DNA of 63,876 bases, the filler included, from Licmophora abbreviata (taxonomy: Eukaryota), in assembly GCA_900291995.1 (NCBI GenBank). It is 13 parts of 13 records of this genome, joined end to end, with 100 filler letters (N's around TTAATTAATTAA, not from the genome) between each part and the next. Parts side by side here need not be neighbours in the genome. Positions count along the whole stretch, not along the records: positions 1 to 7,771 come from OLMU01003380.1; positions 7,872 to 11,994 come from OLMU01003381.1; 11 more parts are not named here. One strand, written 5' to 3'. Below the pieces are notes generated by a model. It did not search any database, had not been told where the DNA came from, and saw only the letters and a program-made list of their open reading frames with translations. Below are positions 1 to 11,061 of the stretch, in pieces. Position numbers and translations under genes: made by a program. Position 1 is the first letter of the stretch, and every line of letters begins with the position of its first letter.

Positions 1-178
1 ATTGCTTGTCATGTTGTGCAGCTGGCGTATAGCGAGCTGGTTCTAGTCGATAGGAATGCAAAACCAACTTTGTATTGTAACAATGATAGCCACCACTCAG
101 TTTTTATGATGTTATATACCATGTGCATTAGAGGCACAGTGAAGATCACTGCACCTGGTACATCTGAGACGATTATGG

Positions 179-1470
179 TCATTGGTTATCATGACTGGTG
201 TGCACGTTGTTTCGATGATGTGCTTGGGAATCCGTGGATAATATCGCACGCCGATGGTCACCATTTTTGGTCAAGAGACGTTTCATTTCTGTACCACCGT
301 GTTCCACGTCCCTCTTCTCTTCTTCAGTCAGCTCGTCGCCTCCCGCCAGTGGCAGGCTTCGATCGCTCAACTTGCGATGCAGTTCTAGCGATGCCTGTTT
401 CGACTTGTGGTGTATCTTCCACAATGAACTTGCCAACAAACCGCCCAAGACGAGTACAGCGCCCAGCACATAAAGCCATGAGAATTGCTTTGGAAACAAG
501 ACGAAACTCAGCACCAACGTCATCCCCTTGCGCGCCGTGGCGAGCACGACCGCGGCGACGCCGCCAAAGCGTTTCACGACCGTCATATGGAACGATATTG
601 CCACGTAGGCAACGGCCGTATACACTCCCATGTACAGAGCGAGTTGATGATCTCGAAGAGCATGTTGAATGATCCCCACAAGATCACCAGAGTAGTAAGT
701 TGTACATGTCATGGCAATGAGTGTAAAGAAATTCGTATAGACAGTGACTTCCAAGCGACTGCTTCCCAGTCGAAACAAGCGTTCTTGCGCATTCGGTAGA
801 ATGGCATCCGCACAGACACTCAGTGTGACCAATCCTAATCCAATTGGATTGAAACTGGGTGTCAACTGCCAGTCGGCAGCTGCGAAAAAGACCAATCCCG
901 CACAGACTGCCAGCGCACAAGAGTATTCCATGCTGCTAAAGACCTTTTTGTTCAGGACGCTCGCGACGAGCATGGTCGGGATGAGTTTGCAACTTCGAAA
1001 TACGACTTTGGTGGGGAAATTAATGTAATTGAGTGCCATGTTGGAGAGTGCGGACGACGACAAGAGACAGAACGTCAAGAGCGGATAGGCCGAGAGCGGA
1101 GCCACCCGTCCGGTCTCGCGCACAACGCACGTGCGTTCGATAAAGGAGCACACAGTGACCCCGATTACTTCCATATATCCGAGCATCACTCCAAAATTGA
1201 ATCCAGGAATCTTCATCATGGCTTCTTGTAGTATATTGTGTATTCCGAAAAGAAAAAGACGCCACATCCAAGGACTATGAACTGTACAGTGGGGGAGAGA
1301 GTCTCGAGGAAGGAGCGGCCGCCGTTGGAGGATAATTGGCTCTTGTGTCCCATTGTTACAGTCTCAGTAGTGCTGGCGCCCTTCTCTGTAGCACCGACCA
1401 CGTCGAGATGGTAAATGTGAAGTGGAGACGCCGTTAAACTGGAAGAGTCGCTCTGGTTGGTGCTTGGCAT
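179..1470 (-). CDS. UAA-family nucleotide-sugar/PAPS transporter (SLC35B3-like), with an apparent 1-bp frameshift near 1248-1251
   Basis: Multi-TM ORF 179..1267 has SLC35B motifs ALNYINFPTKVVFRSCKLIPTM and TARKGMTLVLSFVLFPKQF. The N-terminus (MPSTNQ... from ATG 1470, through QFIVLGCGVFFF) lies in another frame and joins FGIHNILQEA if one T is added in the T-run. Confidence 0.85.
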
Positions 1471-2293
1471 GGTTCGTTCCCTAGTGGCTTGTGGCGGTGA
1501 ATGAGTGAACTCGTTGCCGTTGGTGACGAAGTTTACGAATGCTGGACTGCGTAGGATCATACGTGATTTTAGTACCAGAAAAGTTGCACAACTTGGAAAG
1601 TCCTTCAAAGCATCAAAGAGGCCCAACAAGACAAAAGTGAAAATGGAAAGTGTGAGAAGTGAGAAGACCACAAAGCGATCATCAAACTCGCGAAGTCGCT
1701 CCATTGCAGGAGGACGACGACGAAGCATTCACCACAGGCATCATCCTTGTTGGTCTACTGGTACCAGGGGCACTGACTGCATGGTGGAGGGCAAGAGGCA
1801 TTCTGTGTTCCGTTTTCCGAGGGAGAACAACGTCACATCAAAGAGGAAAGCTCTCGTCGAGAGCACGCAGACAGCCAGAGAAACCGGCACTCTCCCTTGC
1901 TTCAAGATCCTACTTCGTCACAAGGACAAAACTAGTGGCATTGTGATTGTCTACTTACAAGAAGAAGGCGCAGCTGATCTCATCAATCAAGTTGCCGATG
2001 CTCTACAAACTGCAAACATCGAAGTTTGAAATTTGTGAGACAATTGACATTTTGAGAATGACCCTGATGACCACCAAAATGTCCGACCACACGCTTGGCG
2101 ATGATTGGTCTTGTATCGTACGAATATGATAGGTCTTGCCTTCGTCCATCTTCCCGAGCTCTGTAGGGAGGAGTAGAGAACGCACATACGTGATGTTACG
2201 TCGAAAAGTACGAGCCTAAAACCTCAAGGTATCGTCGCCCGTACGAATAGCATCCGTCACAACTGCTCGTCGCTGTGCTACTGTTTGTTGACC

Positions 2294-3100
2294 ATGATGA
2301 ATTCGGCCGCTTTGCTCTTGCGCTTGTCGAGACCGACGTTGACTCGTTCGTCTACCCGGCGTTCGTTTGCAGCGCCTACTGCGCTTGCGATTAAGAATAA
2401 AGGAATTAACGAAGACAAGCAAGAACTGGAAGAGGCAAAGAATCCCGCCCAGCGCAAGCTCGAAGCGATGCGCAAGGATGATAAGACCATGATTTTTGGT
2501 TCTTCCGAAGATTCTTTGCCGGCCGTGCAGCTCCCCGAAACCCCTAGTGAAGTTTCTGCATTGGATCCTGCGCATCGTGTCGACATGATTCAGCCGAATG
2601 GAGAAGTGCGTCTGGTGCACATCAAGCAGCCGGAAAGTACGGTCGGGCAGAGTGCCGATAGCGACGAGAGGCGTTGGATTATTAGCTTCATGGACAATGG
2701 TGAAACGTCAGAGACCTGGGAAAATCCATTGATGGGGTGGACGAGTGGAGCGGATCCCATGGCTTCCAATATTCAGCTTCAAATGGCCTTTCGGACGGCG
2801 AAAGATGCGGTCTATTTTGCCCAAAAGAGAGGCTGGCAGTACATCGTGGAGGAACCTATTCTGCGAGCGGCGGGAGACGCCAGTTCCAATCAGTACCAAG
2901 ATAACTTTCTTCCCAAGGCCATTGCCAACAAGGTTAAGGCGGAACGGACTCAGTGCACTCATTGGGAGCGATCCAAGGCGGGTGCCAGTCACTACATGAG
3001 GCCATTGAAGTACCATGGAGTCGGAGAGGTCACACAGTATGGACCCAATCCTAAGCAGAAGGTTGCTCCTCATGTGGAAGGGTACTACAAGATGAGGTAG
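2294..3100 (+). CDS. NDUFS4: Mitochondrial complex I subunit NDUFS4 (18 kDa/AQDQ) with C-terminal extension
   Basis: Arg/Ser-rich mitochondrial presequence; signature WENPLMGWTSGADPM...FRTAKDAVYFAQKRGWQYIVEEP. Confidence 0.9.
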   Translation: MMNSAALLLRLSRPTLTRSSTRRSFAAPTALAIKNKGINEDKQELEEAKNPAQRKLEAMRKDDKTMIFGSSEDSLPAVQLPETPSEVSALDPAHRVDMIQPNGEVRLVHIKQPESTVGQSADSDERRWIISFMDNGETSETWENPLMGWTSGADPMASNIQLQMAFRTAKDAVYFAQKRGWQYIVEEPILRAAGDASSNQYQDNFLPKAIANKVKAERTQCTHWERSKAGASHYMRPLKYHGVGEVTQYGPNPKQKVAPHVEGYYKMR

Positions 3101-3319
3101 AGCAGGGTGGAAGGTGGTGGAAGAGAGAGAAACCTGTGAGAGAACTACAGCTGTGCAGGTTTGTGGTCGGCGGTTAACCGTACGGTGTTGGGTCGGTCGG
3201 TCAATTCTATCCGACGAAAGAGTACGTCTTAGTTTTTGCTGCCGTAGAAGTGTTTCTATGCGTGTAGTATTGAAGTCAAGCGTTCTGTGACCCCCTCGTT
3301 TTCGATTGAGCACTAAAGT

Positions 3320-4285
3320 CTAGAGTTCTCGGGAGCTTGCTTGAGTATTGCGCTTCGGTGAGCTGTTCGTCACTGCAGGCTTTTTTCTGTGGGTTTTTTT
3401 CTTCCTGACTTTTTCTCCCTGATGATGATTCAGATCTCGCCCTCGGGCTACTTCCGTACCTTGATTTAGACATTTTCGGTGTTTCTTTCTTTGTTGATTG
3501 GCGTGGCCTTTCCGCTTGTTGGACTTCTGTACTGGTGTCTTTCTCGCTGGCGGGACAGTGATATCAATGGGTGGTAAAGGCGTCAGTTGTCTGGCTTTCT
3601 GTTCGAGTGTGGCCCGTAAATAAAGTTCTCGTCCGATCCACGCATCAGTGGCCGCATAAGTCTCCTGCCTGGGAGTAAGGTGCCCTTTGATGGCCCAGTT
3701 GCTCATCTGAACCTTGCCCTTCATGATTCGTCCATCTAGTAGCAACCCGGCAAGAGCCTGAAGGCCCCCATTGGTGTAGCCTAGTTGCCTCGTTATGTCG
3801 CTAATCTCACAGAAACCTCTTGGGGTAAACTGTTGGACCTTGAGCAGTTCCCGTACATCATTGGCGATGCTCACGCCGCACTTGAGAATGGTTGGTGACT
3901 CCAAGAGAGCAAGTAGCGGTGTAAAGGAACTACCCGGATTTTTGCAAATGCGAAACAAGAAGACACAGTCGGCCGTGGCAAGCTGAATAAGTGCAGTAGG
4001 ATTCCATTGGCCCTTTCGAAAACAAGGACGCGCCTCCGTATCGAACCCCAATACAGTAGTGTTGCTGATCTCGCCGCTTCGTAGTATACGATCGACGGCG
4101 CGCTGCATGGCGTCGGGCGTTTCGAGCACTTCCACGGGTCCATTCCACGCAATGATTTTCAAGTTTTGAATTTCATGCTTATGGATCGATCGGGCTTCAC
4201 GAAGCTGTGGTGTGGGCGTCCCGAAAGGTCGTTTGCCGTCACTGTCGTTCGTCACGGCGTCGTCAATGGCTGTGGTGGCGGCCAT
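3320..4285 (-). CDS. DEDDy 3'-5' exonuclease (WRN-exo/EXD2-like) with basic C-terminal tail
   Basis: Exo I LGFDTE, ALIQLAT, KCGVSIAND, QMSNW, and Exo III YAATDAW. Confidence 0.9.
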   Translation of the reverse strand: MAATTAIDDAVTNDSDGKRPFGTPTPQLREARSIHKHEIQNLKIIAWNGPVEVLETPDAMQRAVDRILRSGEISNTTVLGFDTEARPCFRKGQWNPTALIQLATADCVFLFRICKNPGSSFTPLLALLESPTILKCGVSIANDVRELLKVQQFTPRGFCEISDITRQLGYTNGGLQALAGLLLDGRIMKGKVQMSNWAIKGHLTPRQETYAATDAWIGRELYLRATLEQKARQLTPLPPIDITVPPARKTPVQKSNKRKGHANQQRKKHRKCLNQGTEVARGRDLNHHQGEKVRKKKTHRKKPAVTNSSPKRNTQASSREL

Positions 4286-4638
4286 GGTTCGCCGGTCATC
4301 AGCTTGCTATACTACTCGTAGTAGCCTGTTCAAAAAAGTAGTGCGATCGTCGGGTACGAAACCTCCAAGCGCGGGATACGGACGGACGCTTGGTCTTCGC
4401 GCAGAATGAATCTGAGAAACGGCTCAGGCAGAACGAACTGCCTGACGAACTGGAAAGGAACACTGTGAGATTGAATGCGAGTGTGATGCATCTCTGATCG
4501 AATCCCAACACAGTTCTCATTCTTATTCCACGTTGTCAGCAATGAGCTGACCATCGTGAGCTTGACTGTGACAAGATGGAGAAACTTGGACGAACCCTTC
4601 CTTCGCGAGGGAGATTCCGCCTGTTCTGGGCCTCAGTG

Positions 4639-7385
4639 ATGGACTCCAGTCATGGGATTCGGTTGGCACTTGTTTCGCTCGTAGTGATCTCTTTTCTGCC
4701 CCTGATTGGAGCCTCCGGGAAAGCTCTGCAAGATCTTCCCCATACAGAGAGAGATCTTGAAGAGGAAGAGGAGATTCCCCCGGCTCACGCCGTCCTCTTT
4801 CCGGCCTTCTCGCTGACGATTGGCATCCTCGTCTTCTACCTGCTGACACGGTACGCACATGCGCTCCCGTACACCGCCGTTATGTTCTTAATCGGGACGC
4901 TCATGGGGATCGGAGCGGTGCTACTGGATGACAAGTCGGATCACATCAATGAAACGATCCGCATGTGGGTTCCCATTGACAGTGAAGTGCTCCTGCTGGT
5001 GTTCTTGCCAGGTACGTCAAAAATCGATCTCGCCGCTCTGTTGAAATCTACTGAATACGACTCACTCGTCGCTCGCAACTGCCCCCGGACGACGCAGGGC
5101 TAATCTTCAAAGACGCCTATGGTCAAAACGTTCATCTGTTTCAAGTTTCTCTCAGTCAGTGTCTAATATTTGCGTTTCCCATGGTGTTGGCGGGGACTGC
5201 CCTGACGGCGTTGGTCGCCTATTACATTTTCCCGTACAACTGGTCTTTCAACCTGGCCATGACCTTTGGTAGTATCCTATCTGCGACGGATCCTGTTGCA
5301 GTGGCCGCTCTCTTGGATGCGGTCTCGGCACCGCCGAGACTCAAAGTTCACATTGCTGGAGAATCGCTGTTGAACGATGGAGCTGCCATTGTCTTCTTCT
5401 CGATCTTTTCCGAGCGATATCTATTCGATCTAGATGTTGGGATAGGGGAAAACGTAGACTTGGCCCGTGGTGTAGCCCTGTTTTGCCGGAAAGCGCTAGG
5501 GGGTGTCGCGGTGGGCATCTTCTTTGCTTTGGGACTCCTTTTGTTGATGTATCTCTTGAAGAGACGCTTTAATCGAGAGGAGAACGTAGTGGAAGTCACC
5601 GCGACCTTTGCCATTGCTTATCTGGGATACTACGTGGCTGAACCAGTCTGGGAAACCAGCGGTGTCATTTCCACCGTAGTTACTGGTGTACTAGTATCGT
5701 ACGTGGGACGTGCTATGGTCAATGATCCCAAACTCTTGGAAGATTTTTGGACGCTGGTGGAACATATCTTGAACACCGTCTTGTTCGTGCTTGGGGGCAC
5801 TGTCTGGGGCGCTGTCATTGTCAGCGGTGAACGGGATGGAGTCATCGCTGCATCGGACTGGGGCTATCTTTTTCTCTTGTACGTACTACTCCTGGTCATT
5901 CGGCTTTTACTCTTTGCGTCGGTGTATCCCATCACAAGTCAGATTGGGCTCGGGACGTGCTGGCAAGAAACCATCTTTCAAGTGTACGGTGGCCTTCGAG
6001 GAGCTGTAGGCATTGCCCTCGCATTGTTCTTAGACAACGAAGTGGAGAAGCACACCTCCCCCGATAGTGTAGCACAGGATGAAAGCGCGACGCTGTTTTT
6101 CATGGTGGGTGGCATGGCCTTCCTCACCCTCACCATCAACGGAACCACAGCAGGTCCTGCCTTACAGCGGCTGGGGCTCACCCATTCGACAGAAGCGCGT
6201 AAGAAGATTGTCAGTGCTTATCAGACACGGTATCGGGCCGCCGCCATTGACGATATGGTGGGGTTGTTGACCCAAGAGCGCTTCCGACACGTCGATTTTG
6301 CCTTAGTCCGGTATCATGTGCCTGTATTGGCGGACTTGACTCGAAGTCAGCTCATGGAGGCTGTCGAAAAGCATAGAGAAACGACAGTTCCGGAAGACTA
6401 TCGGGCGCCCCACCTTGGACTCATTCTTCCTTACTTGAAAAATATGGGAGAGCAGGCCGGCGACACCAGCGGGATACAGCACGATACCATTACAGATTTG
6501 GGGATAGTTGAACGAAAGGTTAATAGGGAGCTTCGAATCAAGAATCGGAAAAGAATGAAGAAGCGCAGTTCAAGCACAATTTTTCACATGATGACTGGAG
6601 AGCCACTATCTGCGCAGGAACTCAGACTACTACTAATCTCAGTGTTGAAGGCTGCCTATAAAGAGCAGATCCGTACTGGTGAGCTTGGAGATCGAACGTT
6701 CCTTGCTGTTGCTCTGGAACAAAGTCTATACTTTGCCGAGGATGCTGTCGCGAGGGGCGAGCATCTTCAGGATTGGGACTTCGTCACGATGGTTGACGCC
6801 CCCGCTACGCGATTGGCCAACAAGTACAAGAACAATCGCACGGCGCTTGCCTGTCTCGAAAGATTGTGGGTGAAGCGTGCGGAAGTAAAACGCACCGCCA
6901 AGCGTCTGAATATTGAGCGCTCCATGGCCTTTATGGCGGCTCATCGGTGGGCGCAAGACTTTTTTCGTCGAGAGTTTCAAGACGCTGATCGAGAATTGTC
7001 AGAAGCTGGAAAGATTGTCTTAAGCGAAAGTCAAACACAATATCGGAAAGCTGACGCTGTTCTACAGAAGTACGATCCAGAGGTTGTTCAGACTGTTGCT
7101 TCACACAAGTTCTGTGCAATTCTTTTGAACAATGGCGTCTTCTACGTTGGAAAACTAGTCTGTGCTGGACTCCTGAAAGATGTCGAGGCGGAACACTGGG
7201 TTGAGGAAATCGAGGGCGACCTCAAAAAGGTTATTTCTTGTGACGCCACAAATCACCCTGGCGAGAAAAGCATTGAAGACTATGAAGAGGTAGAGGATGG
7301 GGAGGAGGGTCGAGTGGACTGGCAGCACATGTCACTTTCGTCAAATGTCCTGGAAGGTGGACGGAGGCCGTCAGATGACCTGTAG
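4639..7385 (+). CDS. CPA1 Na+/H+ antiporter, SOS1/NHX7-like; exons 4639-5011 and 5098-7385
   Basis: Motifs FGSILSATDPVAV, GESLLNDG, GGLRGAVGIALAL, TLTINGTT. GT-AG intron 5012-5097 restores FLPG|LIFKDA. An upstream in-frame ATG exists at 4576-4579 region per ORF track. Confidence 0.9.
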
Positions 7386-7671
7386 CTGTGGAGACCGGGA
7401 AACGAGTTTGCACAGACGGACTTGACGCACCTGAATACGACGGCTTGTTTGTACTCGTAGACGTACGTGACTGCTGTTACCAGGTAGGGTTCTTCCTCTC
7501 GACCCTGATCAGCTATGTTCTGATGAATACTAACAGCTGTGTAAGACGCCGTAGTAGTTAACCTCACAAGTCACCACAGAGTCCCTTATACCCCTAGCAA
7601 CTGAAGAGCATATAGATGTGTCACACTTCAATCTAAATCGCTTTGTCTTTTCATCTTTTCAGTGTTTGTGT

Positions 7672-7940
7672 CCCGCCGCCCGACTCGACTCGACTCACTC
7701 GAGTTCCGCCTTTCTCTCGTGACTCACACGTCATCAAAATTGAGCATGTGTGTGTCTAATTTGGTATGGTANNNNNNNNNNNNNNNNNNNNNNNNNNNNN
7801 NNNNNNNNNNNNNNNTTAATTAATTAANNNNNNNNNNNNNNNNNNNNNNNNNNNNNNNNNNNNNNNNNNNNCCCGCCGCCCGACTCGACTCACTCGAGTT
7901 CCGCCTTTCTCTCGTGACTCACACGTCATCAAAATTGAGC
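7672..7940 (+). repeat. ~70-bp direct repeat flanking the first assembly gap (7672-7745 and 7872-7940)
   Basis: The two copies are identical except for one CGACT unit. Confidence 0.9.
7772..7871. other. Artificial 100-bp contig linker (N44-TTAATTAATTAA-N44); the same linker occurs at 11995, 21018, 34707, 37922, 47322, 49736, 50948, 53496, 57153, 60278 and 61702
   Basis: Identical N-flanked 12-mer that places stop codons in all six frames. Confidence 0.98.
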
Positions 7941-8089
7941 GTATCGCTCAGCAAAAAAGTGCCACAGAGCCAAGGGCAGTATCATACAGTACACGTTATG
8001 GTCTACATGTACAGTCGCCACTCTCACATACTCCGAGTAGTCCAACACAGCATGCATCTCCTTCATCCGCGTTTCTGAAGCGCTAGAGG

Positions 8090-9967
8090 ATGCGGCTGCT
8101 TTCCAAGTGTGGGGTCGGGAGGTTGCTGGTGGCGCTAATTGCACTTGCCGTCGTCCGCTTCGTTGTTGAACCCGAGTTTCTTCTCACTGTAATTCCCGAG
8201 CAAGGGCGCACCGCTCTGGTGCTGGCTGCGCAAAACCAGACGTCTCCAGCCCTCTCAGTTTCCCCTATACATACAGCGATCGATCCTGACGAGGCGTGTG
8301 AAACATCGTTCGGTATCATCACGCTTTCCGGCTCGAACAAATCTACCGTGTGCAGTTACCTCTCAAGTTTGCTTCCTTCGCGCAAACGCTTTGCCCCTCC
8401 AGAAGAGGGCGACGAGGGATTGGTGATTCTTGATGAATTTATAACTCCGGTGTGTTTTCTCACTCCGGGCTCGTACAATACGGAGCATATAGCATGGAAT
8501 TTCTCCTCTCCGATCCATCAATTGCCCATTTTTACCAATTCGTTGCACGGAAAGCGACCTCGTGGCTTGTCACTTCGAAACTCGAAGGGAGGCTCAATGA
8601 CACTGACTCTGTTCAGTGATAGACGACATCACATAACGGAATGGACCCTTAGCAAGGAATCGATCGAGCGTGGAGGCATGTCGCAGGAACCATCATTTCA
8701 GCGAGTATTGCCGGACGACTTCTTCTCGGATCACCTTTATCCGAGTGGTTCCATCCTCGAGACGCCCAACAGGGTCATTGCTGCCTCGCACCAAGGCTAT
8801 TATGGATTGGGAATTTTCGAAGGCAAGACAATTAATGACTTGGAGAGAATACCGACCTTTGGGTTTGATAATCTCGGGGGAGAAAACATCGGAACACTCT
8901 TTGAGCACCGAGACCATCTATATCTCGCTGCACGATACAACATCCGTGGGAGTTTGCGTCAGATGAGCGGCCATGGACACCGCCAGGCTGGAATATATGA
9001 AATTGTGGAGTCGGAGCAGACTCATGGGAGCAGATCGGCGACAGGTCGGCTTGTCTCGCAGCACTCTCAGGACCAGGCCTGTTGTGTTGATTGCGGGGGT
9101 TGTGTCGAGGGGATGCAGTTTCCTACGTGTCAATTGAATACCACAAAGTTGTTGGAATGTAGTCGCCCTCCTAAGAATGTCACAGGTATAGATTTGATCA
9201 GCTGGAGCGCACGAAACGGCTATTGGGGTATGAACAATTCGTGTGAAGCAAATGCAACCGTCCCTGGCGGGGACAACCATGACTGTCGATCATTTCTGGA
9301 CTATATGGATTGTGTTCATGGGTGTCGGCGACGAACAGAGATTTATCATAGCACAGTCACAAGACAGAGCGGGGGCCTGATCTCAGTAATTGCTTGGCGA
9401 CTGGAAAACAGAGCTTCCTTGTGTCGCGTTGGTGACAACTCACTGCGACACTTCTGCTTCCCGTCCACATTCCTCACCATGACTGCTTCGCTCGATAAGC
9501 ATGCAATCACCTCTGGTCTGACGGGAACAAAAGGACATTTTGTTTTAGTGGAGATCGACTCCTTAGGGAAAGCAAGAGTTGCAGTGGCTCATGTGTGGCC
9601 ACGTCAAGAGTTCTGCACGGCCAGACCGGCGCGTCTCAGCAGCTCTGGCATCATGAACTTCACAATACAAGCACCCGGCAGTCGGGTTGCTGTTTTGTTT
9701 CGTCCATTTCACTCCGGTGGGTGCACCGTACGCTCGCCCGGTAACTCAGGAACCCATGATCGAAGCGAATCTATCCTTTCACTCAAAGTTTACACCAGCA
9801 ATGCCCTGGGCGAGGAAGCGATATCCGAGTCGCCTTCACCTTATGCTGAGTCGCCGCAGCTTTGCTCACAAGAGTTTCATGTCCCTTCTCATTGCAAAAT
9901 TGAAGGGTGCCGCGTGACCATCGAGTTCTCGTTCCTCGCCTTGCACGGTCTCATCGGTAAACCTTGA
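8090..9967 (+). CDS. Secreted or membrane-anchored protein of unknown function, possibly a GH32/GH43-like beta-propeller
   Basis: Intronless 625-aa ORF with an N-terminal hydrophobic segment, a beta-rich pattern, an Asp-box-like DLISWS motif and a Cys-rich central insert. The fold assignment is weak inference. Confidence 0.6.
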   Translation: MRLLSKCGVGRLLVALIALAVVRFVVEPEFLLTVIPEQGRTALVLAAQNQTSPALSVSPIHTAIDPDEACETSFGIITLSGSNKSTVCSYLSSLLPSRKRFAPPEEGDEGLVILDEFITPVCFLTPGSYNTEHIAWNFSSPIHQLPIFTNSLHGKRPRGLSLRNSKGGSMTLTLFSDRRHHITEWTLSKESIERGGMSQEPSFQRVLPDDFFSDHLYPSGSILETPNRVIAASHQGYYGLGIFEGKTINDLERIPTFGFDNLGGENIGTLFEHRDHLYLAARYNIRGSLRQMSGHGHRQAGIYEIVESEQTHGSRSATGRLVSQHSQDQACCVDCGGCVEGMQFPTCQLNTTKLLECSRPPKNVTGIDLISWSARNGYWGMNNSCEANATVPGGDNHDCRSFLDYMDCVHGCRRRTEIYHSTVTRQSGGLISVIAWRLENRASLCRVGDNSLRHFCFPSTFLTMTASLDKHAITSGLTGTKGHFVLVEIDSLGKARVAVAHVWPRQEFCTARPARLSSSGIMNFTIQAPGSRVAVLFRPFHSGGCTVRSPGNSGTHDRSESILSLKVYTSNALGEEAISESPSPYAESPQLCSQEFHVPSHCKIEGCRVTIEFSFLALHGLIGKP

Positions 9968-10264
9968 AAAGTAACATACCTTAAACTGGCGAGAATACAT
10001 TGGTCTCCACGTGAGGAATCAGAACAGATCGTAGGCTACACTGCTGTGCGGCAACAATATACCTAGCGTCAGCTTCTGCCGAGACTCGAATGTCGGTTCA
10101 AAGTAAGAGCTCGCCGCTACTTCAGAGCTCGTGTACCGGTGACACGTGGAGCCCTCTGTGGCTGTCACCGTAGAAGTTTGGCATGGCCACAAAACTCGTT
10201 GCATTACCTCAGGTCGCACAGTGGCTTTTCATCAGTGGATGCTTCTGCTCCTTCCATCGTCATC

Positions 10265-10945
10265 ATGGCCAAGAACAAGAAGAAGCAGAATATTCCAGAG
10301 GCGGAGGTAGTGTCGGCCAAGCCGGCCAAGGAAGAGGAGGACGACGAATCGGAAGAAGAGGAGGAAATGGAGTTGCTCCAGGTGGATGTCGGAGACATGA
10401 TCAAGGTCAAGCAGGTTCTCGAAGAGACGACCGCTTGCACTATTCTAGAATCAGTCGACGAATACTATTATTGGGACAATATCAAGCTAATCGTCATGGC
10501 GATCGCATGCATCTTTGCAGTCGTCGCGCAGTTCAGTCCCGTGCCATTCCCCGAGTCGCGTCCTCTGCTGGGTGTGTGTTGCTGTCTGTACTTTTTTCTG
10601 ACCGGGGTGCTGCAGTTCTTTACTGTCTTCATCGATAAGGACTGTTTCTTGTCGACAAAGCCCTTGGAGACAAGCAAGAATTCCACTTTTCAAAAGTATG
10701 GCCTACGGGTGCGATCGGATCTGCCGCGTTTCTCCGAGTGGTATACTGTCATTATCGAGTTCGAGGGCATGGCCAATAGTCCGTACGTGGAACAAAAATG
10801 GAGCATTGGCAAGTTCTTTGACGTGGAGGGCATGTTTGATGAAGAAGGACTGGTGGATGAAATCGATATACTCATGAAGCGCTTGGAGATGGGCACGTAT
10901 GATGGGGTGCATGGGAAAAAGGCGGACAAGTCGAAGAAGGAATAG
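10265..10945 (+). CDS. SPCS2: Signal peptidase complex subunit 2 (SPC25 family)
   Basis: QVDVGDMIKVKQVLEE, two TM helices, RSDLPRFSEWY and SIGKFFDVEG motifs. Confidence 0.85.
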   Translation: MAKNKKKQNIPEAEVVSAKPAKEEEDDESEEEEEMELLQVDVGDMIKVKQVLEETTACTILESVDEYYYWDNIKLIVMAIACIFAVVAQFSPVPFPESRPLLGVCCCLYFFLTGVLQFFTVFIDKDCFLSTKPLETSKNSTFQKYGLRVRSDLPRFSEWYTVIIEFEGMANSPYVEQKWSIGKFFDVEGMFDEEGLVDEIDILMKRLEMGTYDGVHGKKADKSKKE

Positions 10946-11061
10946 GAAGCACACCGACAAGAGAAAGGTACTATGAAGATCGTCTTGCTATTGAGAGTAG
11001 TACTGGTATGATAATTCAGACTACTTGTGCAAAAGCGGCTGTAGTTGCAATCTTTCTTATT

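Noticed and set aside
1505..2029. 174-aa ORF between the transporter and NDUFS4
   Set aside because: No recognisable motifs, and competing overlapping frames of similar quality. A small gene or degraded fragment cannot be excluded.
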